Both the position numbers and the translations under genes were made by a program. From a virus (taxonomy: Duplodnaviria; Caudoviricetes), in the IMG/VR virus record IMGVR_UViG_3300030493_000059, positions 1 to 25,800 of that record: 25,800 bases of DNA, one strand, 5' to 3'. Positions 14,014 to 23,348 of the stretch are shown here, one piece after another. The notes under the pieces were generated by a model. It saw only the letters and a program-made list of their open reading frames with translations, ran no database searches and was not told the origin of the DNA. Numbering within the stretch: position 1 is the stretch's first letter; every line of letters starts with the position of its first letter.

Positions 14014-17000
14014 CTAGAACTCCTTTATCGAAACAACACACGCCCATTTTGTGGTAGCGCCTGTTAAACCGTTAACTATAAGATCCACCGAACTTGTATT
14101 CGTCTGAAAAGTTGCCTTTAAATTCGTGTCGTCGGATAGATCTGAACCTACGGGTACCTGCGAAAAGATCGTTACAGTGCCATCTGTCTGACAATTAACA
14201 AAAGCCGTTCGCCTGAAAGCGGCGCCTTTTGTCCCTGTTGAATATACCGCAACTATCTGAACGTTTATACGTGTATTTGAAGGCCCGATTAATACCCTGT
14301 TAAACAGTACAGTATCAGAAGCGTCTGCCGTGGTAACGTAATAAGTGGTCATACGAGTAAGGGCCAAAGCAGCGCTTGACAGATAAACATCCGACGCAGC
14401 GATTTGAGCGAAGTATAGACTCGAACTCCCCAATCCACCCTCTAGCGCAGCTCTCGGCTCATAAGTAGCCGAAGCGGTAGTTTTTCTCTCGATATTCAAA
14501 TCCGCATCAAGCTCAAATATTCCGTCCACTCCAGAAATTGCCGTGCGTGGCGTAATGTTGCTCGATATAACTTCAAACCATCCTGTTGGAGCAGCATTGT
14601 TAACCGGGATAAGTTTCGTACCGCTATCCTCAAACGCTTGCGCGGTGCTGTATATGATAGGCGCAACCGTAGTTGTCGGCGTTGTAGAGGGCGCAGTAGT
14701 ACGGGAGGTGGTCATTACGGGCGCAATAGCTGTTTGTGCTGTAACTATCGGAGAGGCTGATTTAAGTATCTGTGATATAGGGGCTTCTATACCCTTGACT
14801 CGTATTGTACCGTTTGCGTAATTAGGCTCAAACTCAAGGAGGAGATAACCGGCCCAACCAAATGTTGCGTCAGTATAGGCAAAAAACGAGCCGGGAGTCA
14901 TCTGTATTCCCCGCCATTTAAGCGTCAGCTCCACTTGCCTCTTCGAAGTCCTATCAAACCACAACCAGTAGTTGAGCACATCCTGCGCCGTTCCCCGGTC
15001 TCTGACGGCGGATAAGAGTAAATCGTCCGAAAGATCCCCTGAACCGTATTTACCGATAAGCATTTCGGTAAATCCCCGACCTATCGCATCGGGATTTATA
15101 TAGCCGTCATCCTGGTTTGCTCTACCGAAGTTACCCTGGTAAACCCTTTTGTAGTAGGCATAGAGTAAATTCCTCACGGTTTCCGTGCCCGTGAAAGAAT
15201 GTACCGGTACACTGACCATGTCCCAGTCATCGAGGCTGAACGCATTTGCAGAGGTGATAGTGTCGAGAAGGAAAACCAGCTCGTACTTCCCCGCCCATTC
15301 GTAGAACACGGAACGGCACTGTTTCGCTAGTTGTACTAAAAGCTCTTTAACCGTTGTGGCGATATCATGTGCAACAAAGGCGAATTTATATCCACCCGAA
15401 GCAGACGCCAGATATTGAGCACCGGAAGTTGCGAAGCTCGAACCAATTGTGCCGAAAGCCTCCCCGCCTCTGGCGCATAGAAGATGCTTTACTACCCAGT
15501 CAGGACGTGTAATAAGTGTCCCGGCTCCACCATAGGAGCCCGTACTGTCTTTATACCCTGTGCAATTAGCGGACACTTCAGCACCTATTACGAGGTCTGC
15601 TGTTGTCTGCCCGGCTAAAACAGATGCCTTGCTAATCGACGTATTAACTCCTGACGCCGGACCAGCAAGAACTGCTGAAGTGCCTTGATAATAGTAGTAT
15701 GTGGCCCATACATCGAATACCCAACCCCCGTTTGGACCTTGCCCTATGCCTTTAGGATCACTACCACGGTAAAAGTCAACAGCTGGTTTCCAGTTTGATG
15801 TATTATGCCTGATATCTAACCGGCCCTTTACGACGCCGTTAGTTGAGTAGTACTTTTGTGTACCGTCAACGTTTATCTGAAAACCGCTTAACGAGTAGGA
15901 AGGGTCACTACTATCGTGCATAAGGGTTATGTGGAATATAATATAGCTCAATACTTCACCAGCGCCTGGAGTAGCGTCAAAGTTATTCACTCTGAAGTCT
16001 GCTCGCTGTGATAAGCCTTTTGCCGCGATATAGCATGCATTGTTTGGATCTGAAGACGGTAAAGCGAAACCAGGATTACTAACCCACGTTGTAACATTAT
16101 TGCCCCAACCAGAAGCGTATAGAGGCCCTATGTTTCTAGTCAGGAGAGCGCCACTGCCTCCGCCGGGTAAGTGACCGTGACTTCCGGTCGCGGTTGAATG
16201 TGTATGTTCATCGATAACCCGTGTCATCTTTTTAACGACGGGAGGTGTGTTGAAACGGATCATTGCGCGGTTCGGAAAAGAAGGATGTTGGCTACCGGCC
16301 TGCCCGGTATACGTCGTGACTACCAGACCATCCGCCGTAACCTGATGAATATCGTCAGAAAATACTTCCGAGATAGAATTAACAGGGTGGTCAGCAAGTT
16401 CATAGTCGAAAGAGGTTATTACCTCAAAGACCGGCGTATCCTTACCGTGTTTCGTAGCTGTGCCGCTTGCTCCGCGCGATGTAACAGTAAAAACCTTTGT
16501 CGTTGTGTTGTAGGACCCTTTTATCTGTTCATTGTCGATCTGTATAGTAACCGCCGACGAAACCGGGTGTGAAGCGCTTGCACCTGTGAAATAAACACGC
16601 GCGCTACCCGAGAGCGAGAAAGACATTGCGGCTGCCGTAATATCAGCAAGTAAAAAGTCGATAGCACCCGTTCTTACGCAACGAGCCGGTACTTTTTCCA
16701 GAGTACCGTAGAGGAGGTTCGACCATTTGCCCACGTCATTAGGGTCTGCTTTCGGGTAGCGTAAAGTCGATATCTTCTGTAACCCGAGCATATTTCTATG
16801 CGTTTCGAGCTTCGATAGGCAGATCAAATCAAACGTTTCCGCCGTCACATTCTCGATGCGGTGGACAGAGAGCGAATGCAACAACACCTTAACGTCTGAA
16901 GCAAAGGTTTCACCAGGTTCAACTTGCCGAATTTCGTAGAAGTCAATCTCAGCTTGCAGAAAAGGCTGTGTGCTGTTCAGGAGGATAAGTTTAGCCAGAC

Positions 17001-17256
17001 CAGCGTAACGCTCATTTGCCAGGGTGATCCGTACTTGCACGTTCCCGGCATTTCCATCCATCGCGGTATTTTCACCCAAGCCTTGGATATTGAGAATATA
17101 ACCTGAGTAGGCTTGCTGCCCGGCTGTATAATTGTAAAAGTAGTCGCGGGTACTCAGGTAAAGGGTATCGGTTGCCAGGATAATATGTACCAGGGGTATA
17201 GGCTCGATATACCCTAATTCCGTTCTGTTCGTTTGAGTCAATGAGGTAACAGGCAT
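14014..17256 (-). CDS. Tail tip / baseplate hub (Tal or gpJ-like) protein with inserted and C-terminal adhesion domains
   Basis: Located after TMP and Dit. GKWSNLLYG..KVP, IQIDNEQI...VTSRGASGT.A..H and LITRPDWVVKHLL motifs; Thr-rich linker before the C-terminal domain. Confidence 0.8.
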   Translation of the reverse strand: MPVTSLTQTNRTELGYIEPIPLVHIILATDTLYLSTRDYFYNYTAGQQAYSGYILNIQGLGENTAMDGNAGNVQVRITLANERYAGLAKLILLNSTQPFLQAEIDFYEIRQVEPGETFASDVKVLLHSLSVHRIENVTAETFDLICLSKLETHRNMLGLQKISTLRYPKADPNDVGKWSNLLYGTLEKVPARCVRTGAIDFLLADITAAAMSFSLSGSARVYFTGASASHPVSSAVTIQIDNEQIKGSYNTTTKVFTVTSRGASGTATKHGKDTPVFEVITSFDYELADHPVNSISEVFSDDIHQVTADGLVVTTYTGQAGSQHPSFPNRAMIRFNTPPVVKKMTRVIDEHTHSTATGSHGHLPGGGSGALLTRNIGPLYASGWGNNVTTWVSNPGFALPSSDPNNACYIAAKGLSQRADFRVNNFDATPGAGEVLSYIIFHITLMHDSSDPSYSLSGFQINVDGTQKYYSTNGVVKGRLDIRHNTSNWKPAVDFYRGSDPKGIGQGPNGGWVFDVWATYYYYQGTSAVLAGPASGVNTSISKASVLAGQTTADLVIGAEVSANCTGYKDSTGSYGGAGTLITRPDWVVKHLLCARGGEAFGTIGSSFATSGAQYLASASGGYKFAFVAHDIATTVKELLVQLAKQCRSVFYEWAGKYELVFLLDTITSANAFSLDDWDMVSVPVHSFTGTETVRNLLYAYYKRVYQGNFGRANQDDGYINPDAIGRGFTEMLIGKYGSGDLSDDLLLSAVRDRGTAQDVLNYWLWFDRTSKRQVELTLKWRGIQMTPGSFFAYTDATFGWAGYLLLEFEPNYANGTIRVKGIEAPISQILKSASPIVTAQTAIAPVMTTSRTTAPSTTPTTTVAPIIYSTAQAFEDSGTKLIPVNNAAPTGWFEVISSNITPRTAISGVDGIFELDADLNIERKTTASATYEPRAALEGGLGSSSLYFAQIAASDVYLSSAALALTRMTTYYVTTADASDTVLFNRVLIGPSNTRINVQIVAVYSTGTKGAAFRRTAFVNCQTDGTVTIFSQVPVGSDLSDDTNLKATFQTNTSSVDLIVNGLTGATTKWACVVSIKEF

Positions 17257-18050
17257 TAAAGCACCTCTTGCATTGTTATCGAGCTTGATGTGTTATTATA
17301 CTCAACACTACGGAAATTCGAAACGTCCTCGATCCGCTCAGCGAAATACTGACGTGCAAGATGGTCATTAAGAAAAAAGGGTTTCTGCCCATTCCATGCG
17401 GTATCCCATGCCGTAAAGGACGTTAAGCCTGAATCCGAGATTTGATTAAAAGCATAGGTTACCTGCCGCAACGAACTACCTCGAGTAAAAAAGTGCGGGG
17501 AGCCTGATATCGATTCTACACGGTTCCGTACGGTTCTCACTCCGTGACTTGAAGAGTCATAAGCCGGTTGCGTAGGGAGCACAACAAGCGTAGATAGGAA
17601 TATTTCCCCGATAGAAGGGGCAGAAGGCGCGGAAACAATCTTTAGCCTCCAGTACCGTTTCGCCGCGACTGTTTCGATTTGTGCCGCTAAGATTCCCGAG
17701 CCGGATTGTGTCCATGGATTATCCATCGGAGTTGTTGCCCCGTTATCCGTCCATGAAAGTGTCGGCGTTGACCAGCTCCCTTCCACGTCATCACCTATCG
17801 TGGACCATTGTAGCGTTAGAGTTGCGCCGGATAGATTGTGACCCGGACCGAGTACAAACAGGTTAGTGGTTACCGGCGAGCCACCTTGATCCACCTTAAT
17901 TTTCTGTGTGGCATTTGTACTCGATACAAACATCCTTTGTGGGATACGATCATAGATACGGTAAAGTGGGAAGCCGGTAACCGCACTAGCGCCTACCTGA
18001 GTAACTGTTGAGCTTTCTAGGATATTTGCGTAACCTATTTGTACAGTCAT
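17256..18050 (-). CDS. Distal tail (Dit-like) protein with discoidin/CBM-like domain
   Basis: Directly after TMP. GHNLSGATLTLQWS and KRYWRLKI..IGEIFL motifs, GQKPFF C-terminal motif. Confidence 0.7.
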   Translation of the reverse strand: MTVQIGYANILESSTVTQVGASAVTGFPLYRIYDRIPQRMFVSSTNATQKIKVDQGGSPVTTNLFVLGPGHNLSGATLTLQWSTIGDDVEGSWSTPTLSWTDNGATTPMDNPWTQSGSGILAAQIETVAAKRYWRLKIVSAPSAPSIGEIFLSTLVVLPTQPAYDSSSHGVRTVRNRVESISGSPHFFTRGSSLRQVTYAFNQISDSGLTSFTAWDTAWNGQKPFFLNDHLARQYFAERIEDVSNFRSVEYNNTSSSITMQEVL

Positions 18051-18051
18051 T

Positions 18052-20334
18052 TTACTTTCTCCTCGATTGCAACGCTTTACCGATACCGGATGAACCGTCC
18101 GTAATCCGTGAAGCTAAGGACCGGTCAATCTGGTCTACGAATTGATTCGCAAACTGTACAGGATTATTCAGCCCGGAAGCCTGGACATTGTAACTATTCT
18201 GCATGTAGACATTAGGCGCGAAACCTTCTCCTATATTCGCATCACCCCCGTAACCGTAATTATAATCGCCTCCTCCACCGCTACCGCCAAACCAGGCCTG
18301 GATGCTTTGCCACACGCTTAGAGCCTTCCGCCATATCTCGTTAAACTTGTTGATAATGGGTCCGGGATCGATGTCTATAACAGGGCGAATAGATTCGATC
18401 TTTTGCGCTGTTTGCTGCCATACTGAATCCACTTCCGCAAATTTCATGATAGCGGGTTCATCATTTATTTCGATAACGGGTTTTTTCTGTTCAACCCACT
18501 GAAAGAGATTTGTAACACCTTGATTCAATGCGGTATCAAGCTCTCCGGCCTTAACGACCATCGCTTCCATGACTCTCTTAGCTTCATCCAGGTTTACGCC
18601 GTATCTTTTTGCCTCTTCGGCTGTAGAGGATTGTAACAGCTTAAGCTGTTCAGCCGCGCCAACTCTAAGCTCATCGATATTACCCGAAGCGGCTTTTTTC
18701 CTTGCGTTTTCTATTGTAACGGCTTCTGTTTCGATAAGGCCGATACGTTCTTTATAGCTATTAAGCAGTTGTGAGCTTGCAGCGACTTGGCTTGCGATTT
18801 CATGGTACGCCTTACCCGACGACAATAGCTCATTGTACCGCTTTTCCTCATCTGTTACCTTTCTTTTCAATTCCTCTTGTTCGGTTAGTATCTCAGTTTC
18901 GCGTTTCATGAACTCCGAGCTTTTTAACGCGGATTCTATACCACCCTCCAGGAACCTATCCATCTCCTCTATAACGAGTCTTAACTTCTCAGTCTCCAAC
19001 CCGGCCAACTCAACAGACGCTTGGTGCGCTTTCGTGGCTTGCTCTTCAAAAGCCTGGTTTGCCGCATCCGCAGCTTCTTCGAGAGCCTTTTGCTTTGCGA
19101 TAGATTCATCTGTTTGACGCGTAGTCTCTTGGGTAAACTTATTCCCAGTTATTGACCCCGCACCGAACGTATAAGTTTCAGTCTCAAATTCAGGCTGAAA
19201 CTCCTCTAAGGCTCTCTGCGCTTCTTCTCTGCGTTTTAAGGCGCCGTTGACTAAGTTCTCTAGATCATTACGTCTTTTGACCTGTTCCGCTATTGCTCTG
19301 GTAGCATCTAAGTCGATATTCTGGCTCGCCGTCCTACCGAGTATATTAGGAACGGTTTCTTTAAGCTGATTCATCAATACAAGCAGCTCATTGGCCCGTG
19401 TGCGGTAATCCCTGAGTTGAGCACCTGGTTCAACGGCGGGGGGTGCTAAGTCGTATTGGGCCTTTGCAACCTTTTGAATCGCGACTTCTGCTTCAGCAAT
19501 CGCCCCGGCACCTTTTGAGCCGAACAGATTTGGCAAATCCCAGTTCTTAGCGATCAGGAGCCCTGCGGCCATTTGAGCTACGAATTTCGCGGATGGTTCA
19601 AGCGAATCTTGTAAACTGTTACCTATACTTCTCCAGCTACCGTCTAGGGTCTTAGCTTGCTCGGCAGCAGCTTCCGTGTAAACTTGTATCTGGCGTTGAG
19701 CTTCAGCAGCACGTTCGAGACCCTTTTGCTTTTCCGTCATCCCATCCCAGACTCTCCCTAACGCACCTCCTAGCGCAACGGTTTTCATGTAGGAATCGTC
19801 CAGGAATATTTCCAGCTTCGCAGCCTCTTTGGGCTTACCCTTTATGGCTTTATCAAGAGCGCCCATTACGTCGCCTAATTCCAGGCCTTTAGCAATGGCC
19901 ACATTGGCCGCACTTTCAACGAGTGAAAAATACGTCTCACCTTCCACGCCAAAACGTTTCATGGAAGTCGAGTTTTTTATAAACACACGTTCAAAGTCCA
20001 TCCCATCGAACAGATGGTTCACTTTGGCCGAAAGCTCATCAGCCTTACCGCTCATATAATCCGCGCTCTCGCCGAATTTGAGCCTCATCTTGAGAGTAAT
20101 CTGTTCAACTTCACTACCAAGTTCAAGAAATTCCTTCGCAGCTCCCCCGACACCTAATACCGCAAGGGCGGTGGCCAAACCTCCTCCGCCGCCTATACGG
20201 GTTAGCAATCCATCCCAATCACCCTGTAATTGTCCGACTAAAGACTTGAAATCATGGGCGATAGTGACCATTTCCGGGGAGGCCGTATTGTTCGCCTGTA
20301 CATCGATTATCAGCTTACTGGTATCAACTCCCAT
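18052..20334 (-). CDS. Tail tape measure protein (760 aa)
   Basis: ATG 20334 behind GGAGGAGG. Long Ala/Glu-rich helical protein immediately after the chaperone genes. Confidence 0.88.
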   Translation of the reverse strand: MGVDTSKLIIDVQANNTASPEMVTIAHDFKSLVGQLQGDWDGLLTRIGGGGGLATALAVLGVGGAAKEFLELGSEVEQITLKMRLKFGESADYMSGKADELSAKVNHLFDGMDFERVFIKNSTSMKRFGVEGETYFSLVESAANVAIAKGLELGDVMGALDKAIKGKPKEAAKLEIFLDDSYMKTVALGGALGRVWDGMTEKQKGLERAAEAQRQIQVYTEAAAEQAKTLDGSWRSIGNSLQDSLEPSAKFVAQMAAGLLIAKNWDLPNLFGSKGAGAIAEAEVAIQKVAKAQYDLAPPAVEPGAQLRDYRTRANELLVLMNQLKETVPNILGRTASQNIDLDATRAIAEQVKRRNDLENLVNGALKRREEAQRALEEFQPEFETETYTFGAGSITGNKFTQETTRQTDESIAKQKALEEAADAANQAFEEQATKAHQASVELAGLETEKLRLVIEEMDRFLEGGIESALKSSEFMKRETEILTEQEELKRKVTDEEKRYNELLSSGKAYHEIASQVAASSQLLNSYKERIGLIETEAVTIENARKKAASGNIDELRVGAAEQLKLLQSSTAEEAKRYGVNLDEAKRVMEAMVVKAGELDTALNQGVTNLFQWVEQKKPVIEINDEPAIMKFAEVDSVWQQTAQKIESIRPVIDIDPGPIINKFNEIWRKALSVWQSIQAWFGGSGGGGDYNYGYGGDANIGEGFAPNVYMQNSYNVQASGLNNPVQFANQFVDQIDRSLASRITDGSSGIGKALQSRRK

Positions 20335-20671
20335 TAGGGTTACCTCCTCCACCGGTTTTCATTATCTGTGCCAAGATAAGGAGCTTCTTTATTATCTCTG
20401 GGCGTTCGATCTTCGAGACCGAATAAGTATCAAGCATTATACTCACGTTTTCAAGATCTATTCGACCTTGATAAAACAAAACCGGTAGAACCTGACCAAA
20501 AAACCACCACGCTTTTTGGTTATTTTCAAGTACTTCCGGTTGCGCGTTTTCGCATCCCTCGCAGGATACCTCTCTTGAGGTTTTTTTAGCTTTCTCCCTA
20601 CACGTCAAACACATGGCGGGAGAATGCTTTTTAGGACCTGTTAACCATCCTGCGAGGGCTCGGAGTTTTTT
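20324..20671 (-). CDS. Tail assembly chaperone T segment (expressed as a G-T fusion via -1 frameshift)
   Basis: The -1 frame is open from slippery site 20665-20671 into MCLTCREK...CEGC...PEVLENNQKAWWFF. No obvious RBS before ATG 20614. Confidence 0.8.
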   Translation of the reverse strand, partial: KKLRALAGWLTGPKKHSPAMCLTCREKAKKTSREVSCEGCENAQPEVLENNQKAWWFFGQVLPVLFYQGRIDLENVSIMLDTYSVSKIERPEIIKKLLILAQIMKTGGGGNPNGS

Positions 20672-20982
20672 ATTTCTTCAGCTTCCTGCCGGATAATATC
20701 TTCCTGAATCAACCGTAACAGATCCGGCCTTTGGCCAAAAGCTTTCAGTTTCGTCGGAAGGTCGCAAGGTGCGGCTTCACCGTTCGGTAATATCACACCC
20801 TCCCATGCTGAAATTCGATACATTAATTCAACTTTACTACCTACATATAAAGACGTAGTTGAATCCACACCAAGAGCTTTAAGCTGACTTGCGGCTTCAA
20901 CGAAAGTATAAAACCCTTCAGGATCAACGTGGAAAGTAAGCTCTTCTACTGTTACGGTTCTACCGGGCTTGATGGTTAACAT
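20641..20982 (-). CDS. Tail assembly chaperone G
   Basis: Lies between tail tube and TMP. ISAWEGV..NGEAAPC motif; ends with a slippery heptamer. Confidence 0.85.
   Translation of the reverse strand: MLTIKPGRTVTVEELTFHVDPEGFYTFVEAASQLKALGVDSTTSLYVGSKVELMYRISAWEGVILPNGEAAPCDLPTKLKAFGQRPDLLRLIQEDIIRQEAEEIKNSEPSQDG
20665..20671 (-). other. Programmed -1 ribosomal frameshift site A AAA AAC
   Basis: ATA AAA AAC in chaperone G; correctly phased X XXY YYZ with the -1 frame open into the downstream ORF. Confidence 0.85.
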
Positions 20983-20992
20983 ACTAATCCTT

Positions 20993-21958
20993 TTAATACG
21001 TATAGGTTGCGTGGGTGTTAATTAAAGTCGCAGTCAATATCGATGCATCAGCATGATTATTGTAGTATGCTTCCCATTCCAGCTCCACCCATATCCCGAG
21101 AGGACCCTGAATAGCAGGCGACGTCTTCGCGTATTGAACCTCGTTAAATTTGAAGCTGATGCTGTGCGTGCCATTGGTACCTATAATCTCGATACTGGAT
21201 TCTGTACCGTTCAGCGCCTTGTTGAGCAAGGTCAGGTTCTCGAACATGGCCTTTAATGTGCCTTTAGCATACGCTATACCTTCGGGTAAAGTTGCTAGTG
21301 CCCCGGCGTTACCTATACAGTACCCTTTATCGTCAAGGCCGTTGGTAAATTCCGTTAGGGCAACGGATTGTGCCGTAGCGATGAGTGAGCCACCTTCCTT
21401 TAGTGTTATGGCTGCCATACCAAATGGGATAACTGTAAGTGCCTCAACTGCCGGAGTGCTATCCATTGAGCTGCCAGACCACGTTGATGTAGCCGCCGTG
21501 ACGCCAAACGTAACAACCGGCTCAGCATTCGCACCTTGATCCAAAGAAAGAGCCATGGTGCCGACTTTACCACCATTCAGCCGTTGGAATTGAGCAATAT
21601 CAGTATACCCTTGCTCAAAAACATGGCTGTTGATGCTGGTACCTACTTTGAAAACGTGAGTATAAGGGTTTGTACCCGTAGTTACGGGGTTTCCCAATAA
21701 CATTCTCAGCCAGTGCCCCATACCCAGTTCATCAAGGGGAACTACGATGGGGCCTGATAATGCAATGTTGCCTACAGTAGGCTGTACCGCGTTACGGTTA
21801 GAATTGATTGTTTTAGAGCGGATCAGGGGCGCTGTTTCCTTCACCCCGAATGAAACGAAAGGTAACGCTACTGAAGCTGAAGTCGCCGGATTGACATTAT
21901 ATGTAACTTCTGTTACCCCGGCCAGTAATTGCCCATTAGAACCTTTTGCCTGTGCCAT
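20993..21958 (-). CDS. Major tail tube protein
   Basis: MAQAKGSN..., LPFVSF, SKTINSNRN...GNI..SGPIVVP, PYTHVFK, SPAIQGPLGI motifs. No sheath gene, consistent with a siphovirus. Confidence 0.9.
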   Translation of the reverse strand: MAQAKGSNGQLLAGVTEVTYNVNPATSASVALPFVSFGVKETAPLIRSKTINSNRNAVQPTVGNIALSGPIVVPLDELGMGHWLRMLLGNPVTTGTNPYTHVFKVGTSINSHVFEQGYTDIAQFQRLNGGKVGTMALSLDQGANAEPVVTFGVTAATSTWSGSSMDSTPAVEALTVIPFGMAAITLKEGGSLIATAQSVALTEFTNGLDDKGYCIGNAGALATLPEGIAYAKGTLKAMFENLTLLNKALNGTESSIEIIGTNGTHSISFKFNEVQYAKTSPAIQGPLGIWVELEWEAYYNNHADASILTATLINTHATYTY

Positions 21959-21959
21959 T

Positions 21960-22154
21960 TTATCGCGCCTTCCCGTCGGGTAGCCGACGCCTTATCCCCT
22001 TGCCTGTCAGTGCTCCACCTACCCCACCGAACAGGATAGCGGTACTTGTCAGCCAGGGCGTAACTTTCGGTAAGGGCACAACGGGCACCAAAGCACCCGC
22101 TATACCTGCAATCGTAAGACAAACTGAGCCTGTATTAACCATCCAAGCTTTCAT
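21960..22154 (-). CDS. Small two-TM membrane protein (holin-like)
   Basis: Two hydrophobic segments and basic C-terminus GIRRRLPDGKAR. ATGA overlap. Confidence 0.6.
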   Translation of the reverse strand: MKAWMVNTGSVCLTIAGIAGALVPVVPLPKVTPWLTSTAILFGGVGGALTGKGIRRRLPDGKAR

Positions 22155-22549
22155 CTTATTAAGCCTTTATACCCGGCATCTAAGAGCTTGATATCTTTCA
22201 GAAGTTGTTTGACCACCTCCTGAAGCTCCGCTTGATTCACCGGGCTCGGGTCACCTTTGTATCGAAGGAGTGCGTTTTCGGCCAAATTCAAAAGCATACC
22301 CATACTAGAAGACCCGACACGATATGAAACGCAGCCTTTTGATATCGAATCTCCGCATATACCCGCTACAACTGCATCCGATAAAGGTTTAAGGTACTCT
22401 GCCGTTTGGAGCACCCTTTCCGCATTGGTGACTGCTGATTGAGTATTCAATGTCGAACACCCCAGAACACCGGAGAACAGAAGGCCGAGGAGGACGATAA
22501 CCAGTATCACTCCTATTTCATTCAATCCTTCTTTGACTATTCGCCACAT
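22151..22549 (-). CDS. Predicted lipoprotein (spanin-like or exclusion lipoprotein)
   Basis: Hydrophobic signal region ending VLGC (lipobox-like), followed by an alpha-helical body. Confidence 0.65.
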   Translation of the reverse strand: MWRIVKEGLNEIGVILVIVLLGLLFSGVLGCSTLNTQSAVTNAERVLQTAEYLKPLSDAVVAGICGDSISKGCVSYRVGSSSMGMLLNLAENALLRYKGDPSPVNQAELQEVVKQLLKDIKLLDAGYKGLIR

Positions 22550-22550
22550 A

Positions 22551-22838
22551 TTAATCTATTAGCCTCGTTGTATCCACGCCAGGAATGTGCATGTTTTGTA
22601 TTATAACCAAGAGCATTTGTCCTTGGAGCTTCTGCCGTTCTTCGAGTTTGGTTAACGCACTCAGGACTTGTAACATTTCGCTCTTATGCGCTGCCTCACC
22701 CATTATCAAACCGTTTTTACAACCGCATCTTTCTGACTTACATTCGCTTCTTGGCATATACCATTTGCTCACGCCAAAGATCGTAACACATACGCCGACT
22801 ACGAATGACACGATACCAATAATCTGTGCCTGGTCCAT
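22551..22838 (-). CDS. Single-TM coiled-coil protein (holin/antiholin-like)
   Basis: N-terminal TM, ECKSERCGC motif, then a coiled coil. Confidence 0.6.
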   Translation of the reverse strand: MDQAQIIGIVSFVVGVCVTIFGVSKWYMPRSECKSERCGCKNGLIMGEAAHKSEMLQVLSALTKLEERQKLQGQMLLVIIQNMHIPGVDTTRLID

Positions 22839-22852
22839 GGCTCCCCTTTCAA

Positions 22853-23347
22853 CTATAGGTTGATGCTTCCTCCCCCTAAAATTGTCGGGATGGTAACTGT
22901 TACAGTAAGTACCGCTGTTGCAACCGGAAAAAAGGCCAGGGTCTCCACATCCAAAGTAGCCTCCTCAATGGAGAGAGAATTACTCATAGCCTTGACCTCG
23001 TCCAGAACGATATCAGCAAACTCTTCGAGAATTGCCGCGCCGCTATAATCTGTTAATGTTGGTACGTCGTCAACTTCCGTGATAGTGGGGTTAGCCTGTT
23101 CTATCTCGATGGCAATGGATAAGGAGTACCATTTTTTATCAGCCATTACCGGAATACGCTTGGAAGTCGGGAAGATAGCGAAGGTAGGAAAATCCTGATT
23201 ATCAGGTGCAACGTCACCTGTTGCGCCGTAGAAAACGGAGAATAGGGTACCAGGATAGTGAGCTTCGCAGGAAGCTAGTAACGCAGCGGATACCAATAAT
23301 CTTGAGGCTAAAGTAGAACCTATTGTGTCGAGAGATATAGCAGTCAT
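22853..23347 (-). CDS. Tail terminator/completion protein (putative)
   Basis: Acidic 164-aa protein at the usual neck position; DFPTFAI motif. Positional inference. Confidence 0.55.
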   Translation of the reverse strand: MTAISLDTIGSTLASRLLVSAALLASCEAHYPGTLFSVFYGATGDVAPDNQDFPTFAIFPTSKRIPVMADKKWYSLSIAIEIEQANPTITEVDDVPTLTDYSGAAILEEFADIVLDEVKAMSNSLSIEEATLDVETLAFFPVATAVLTVTVTIPTILGGGSINL

Positions 23348-23348
23348 T

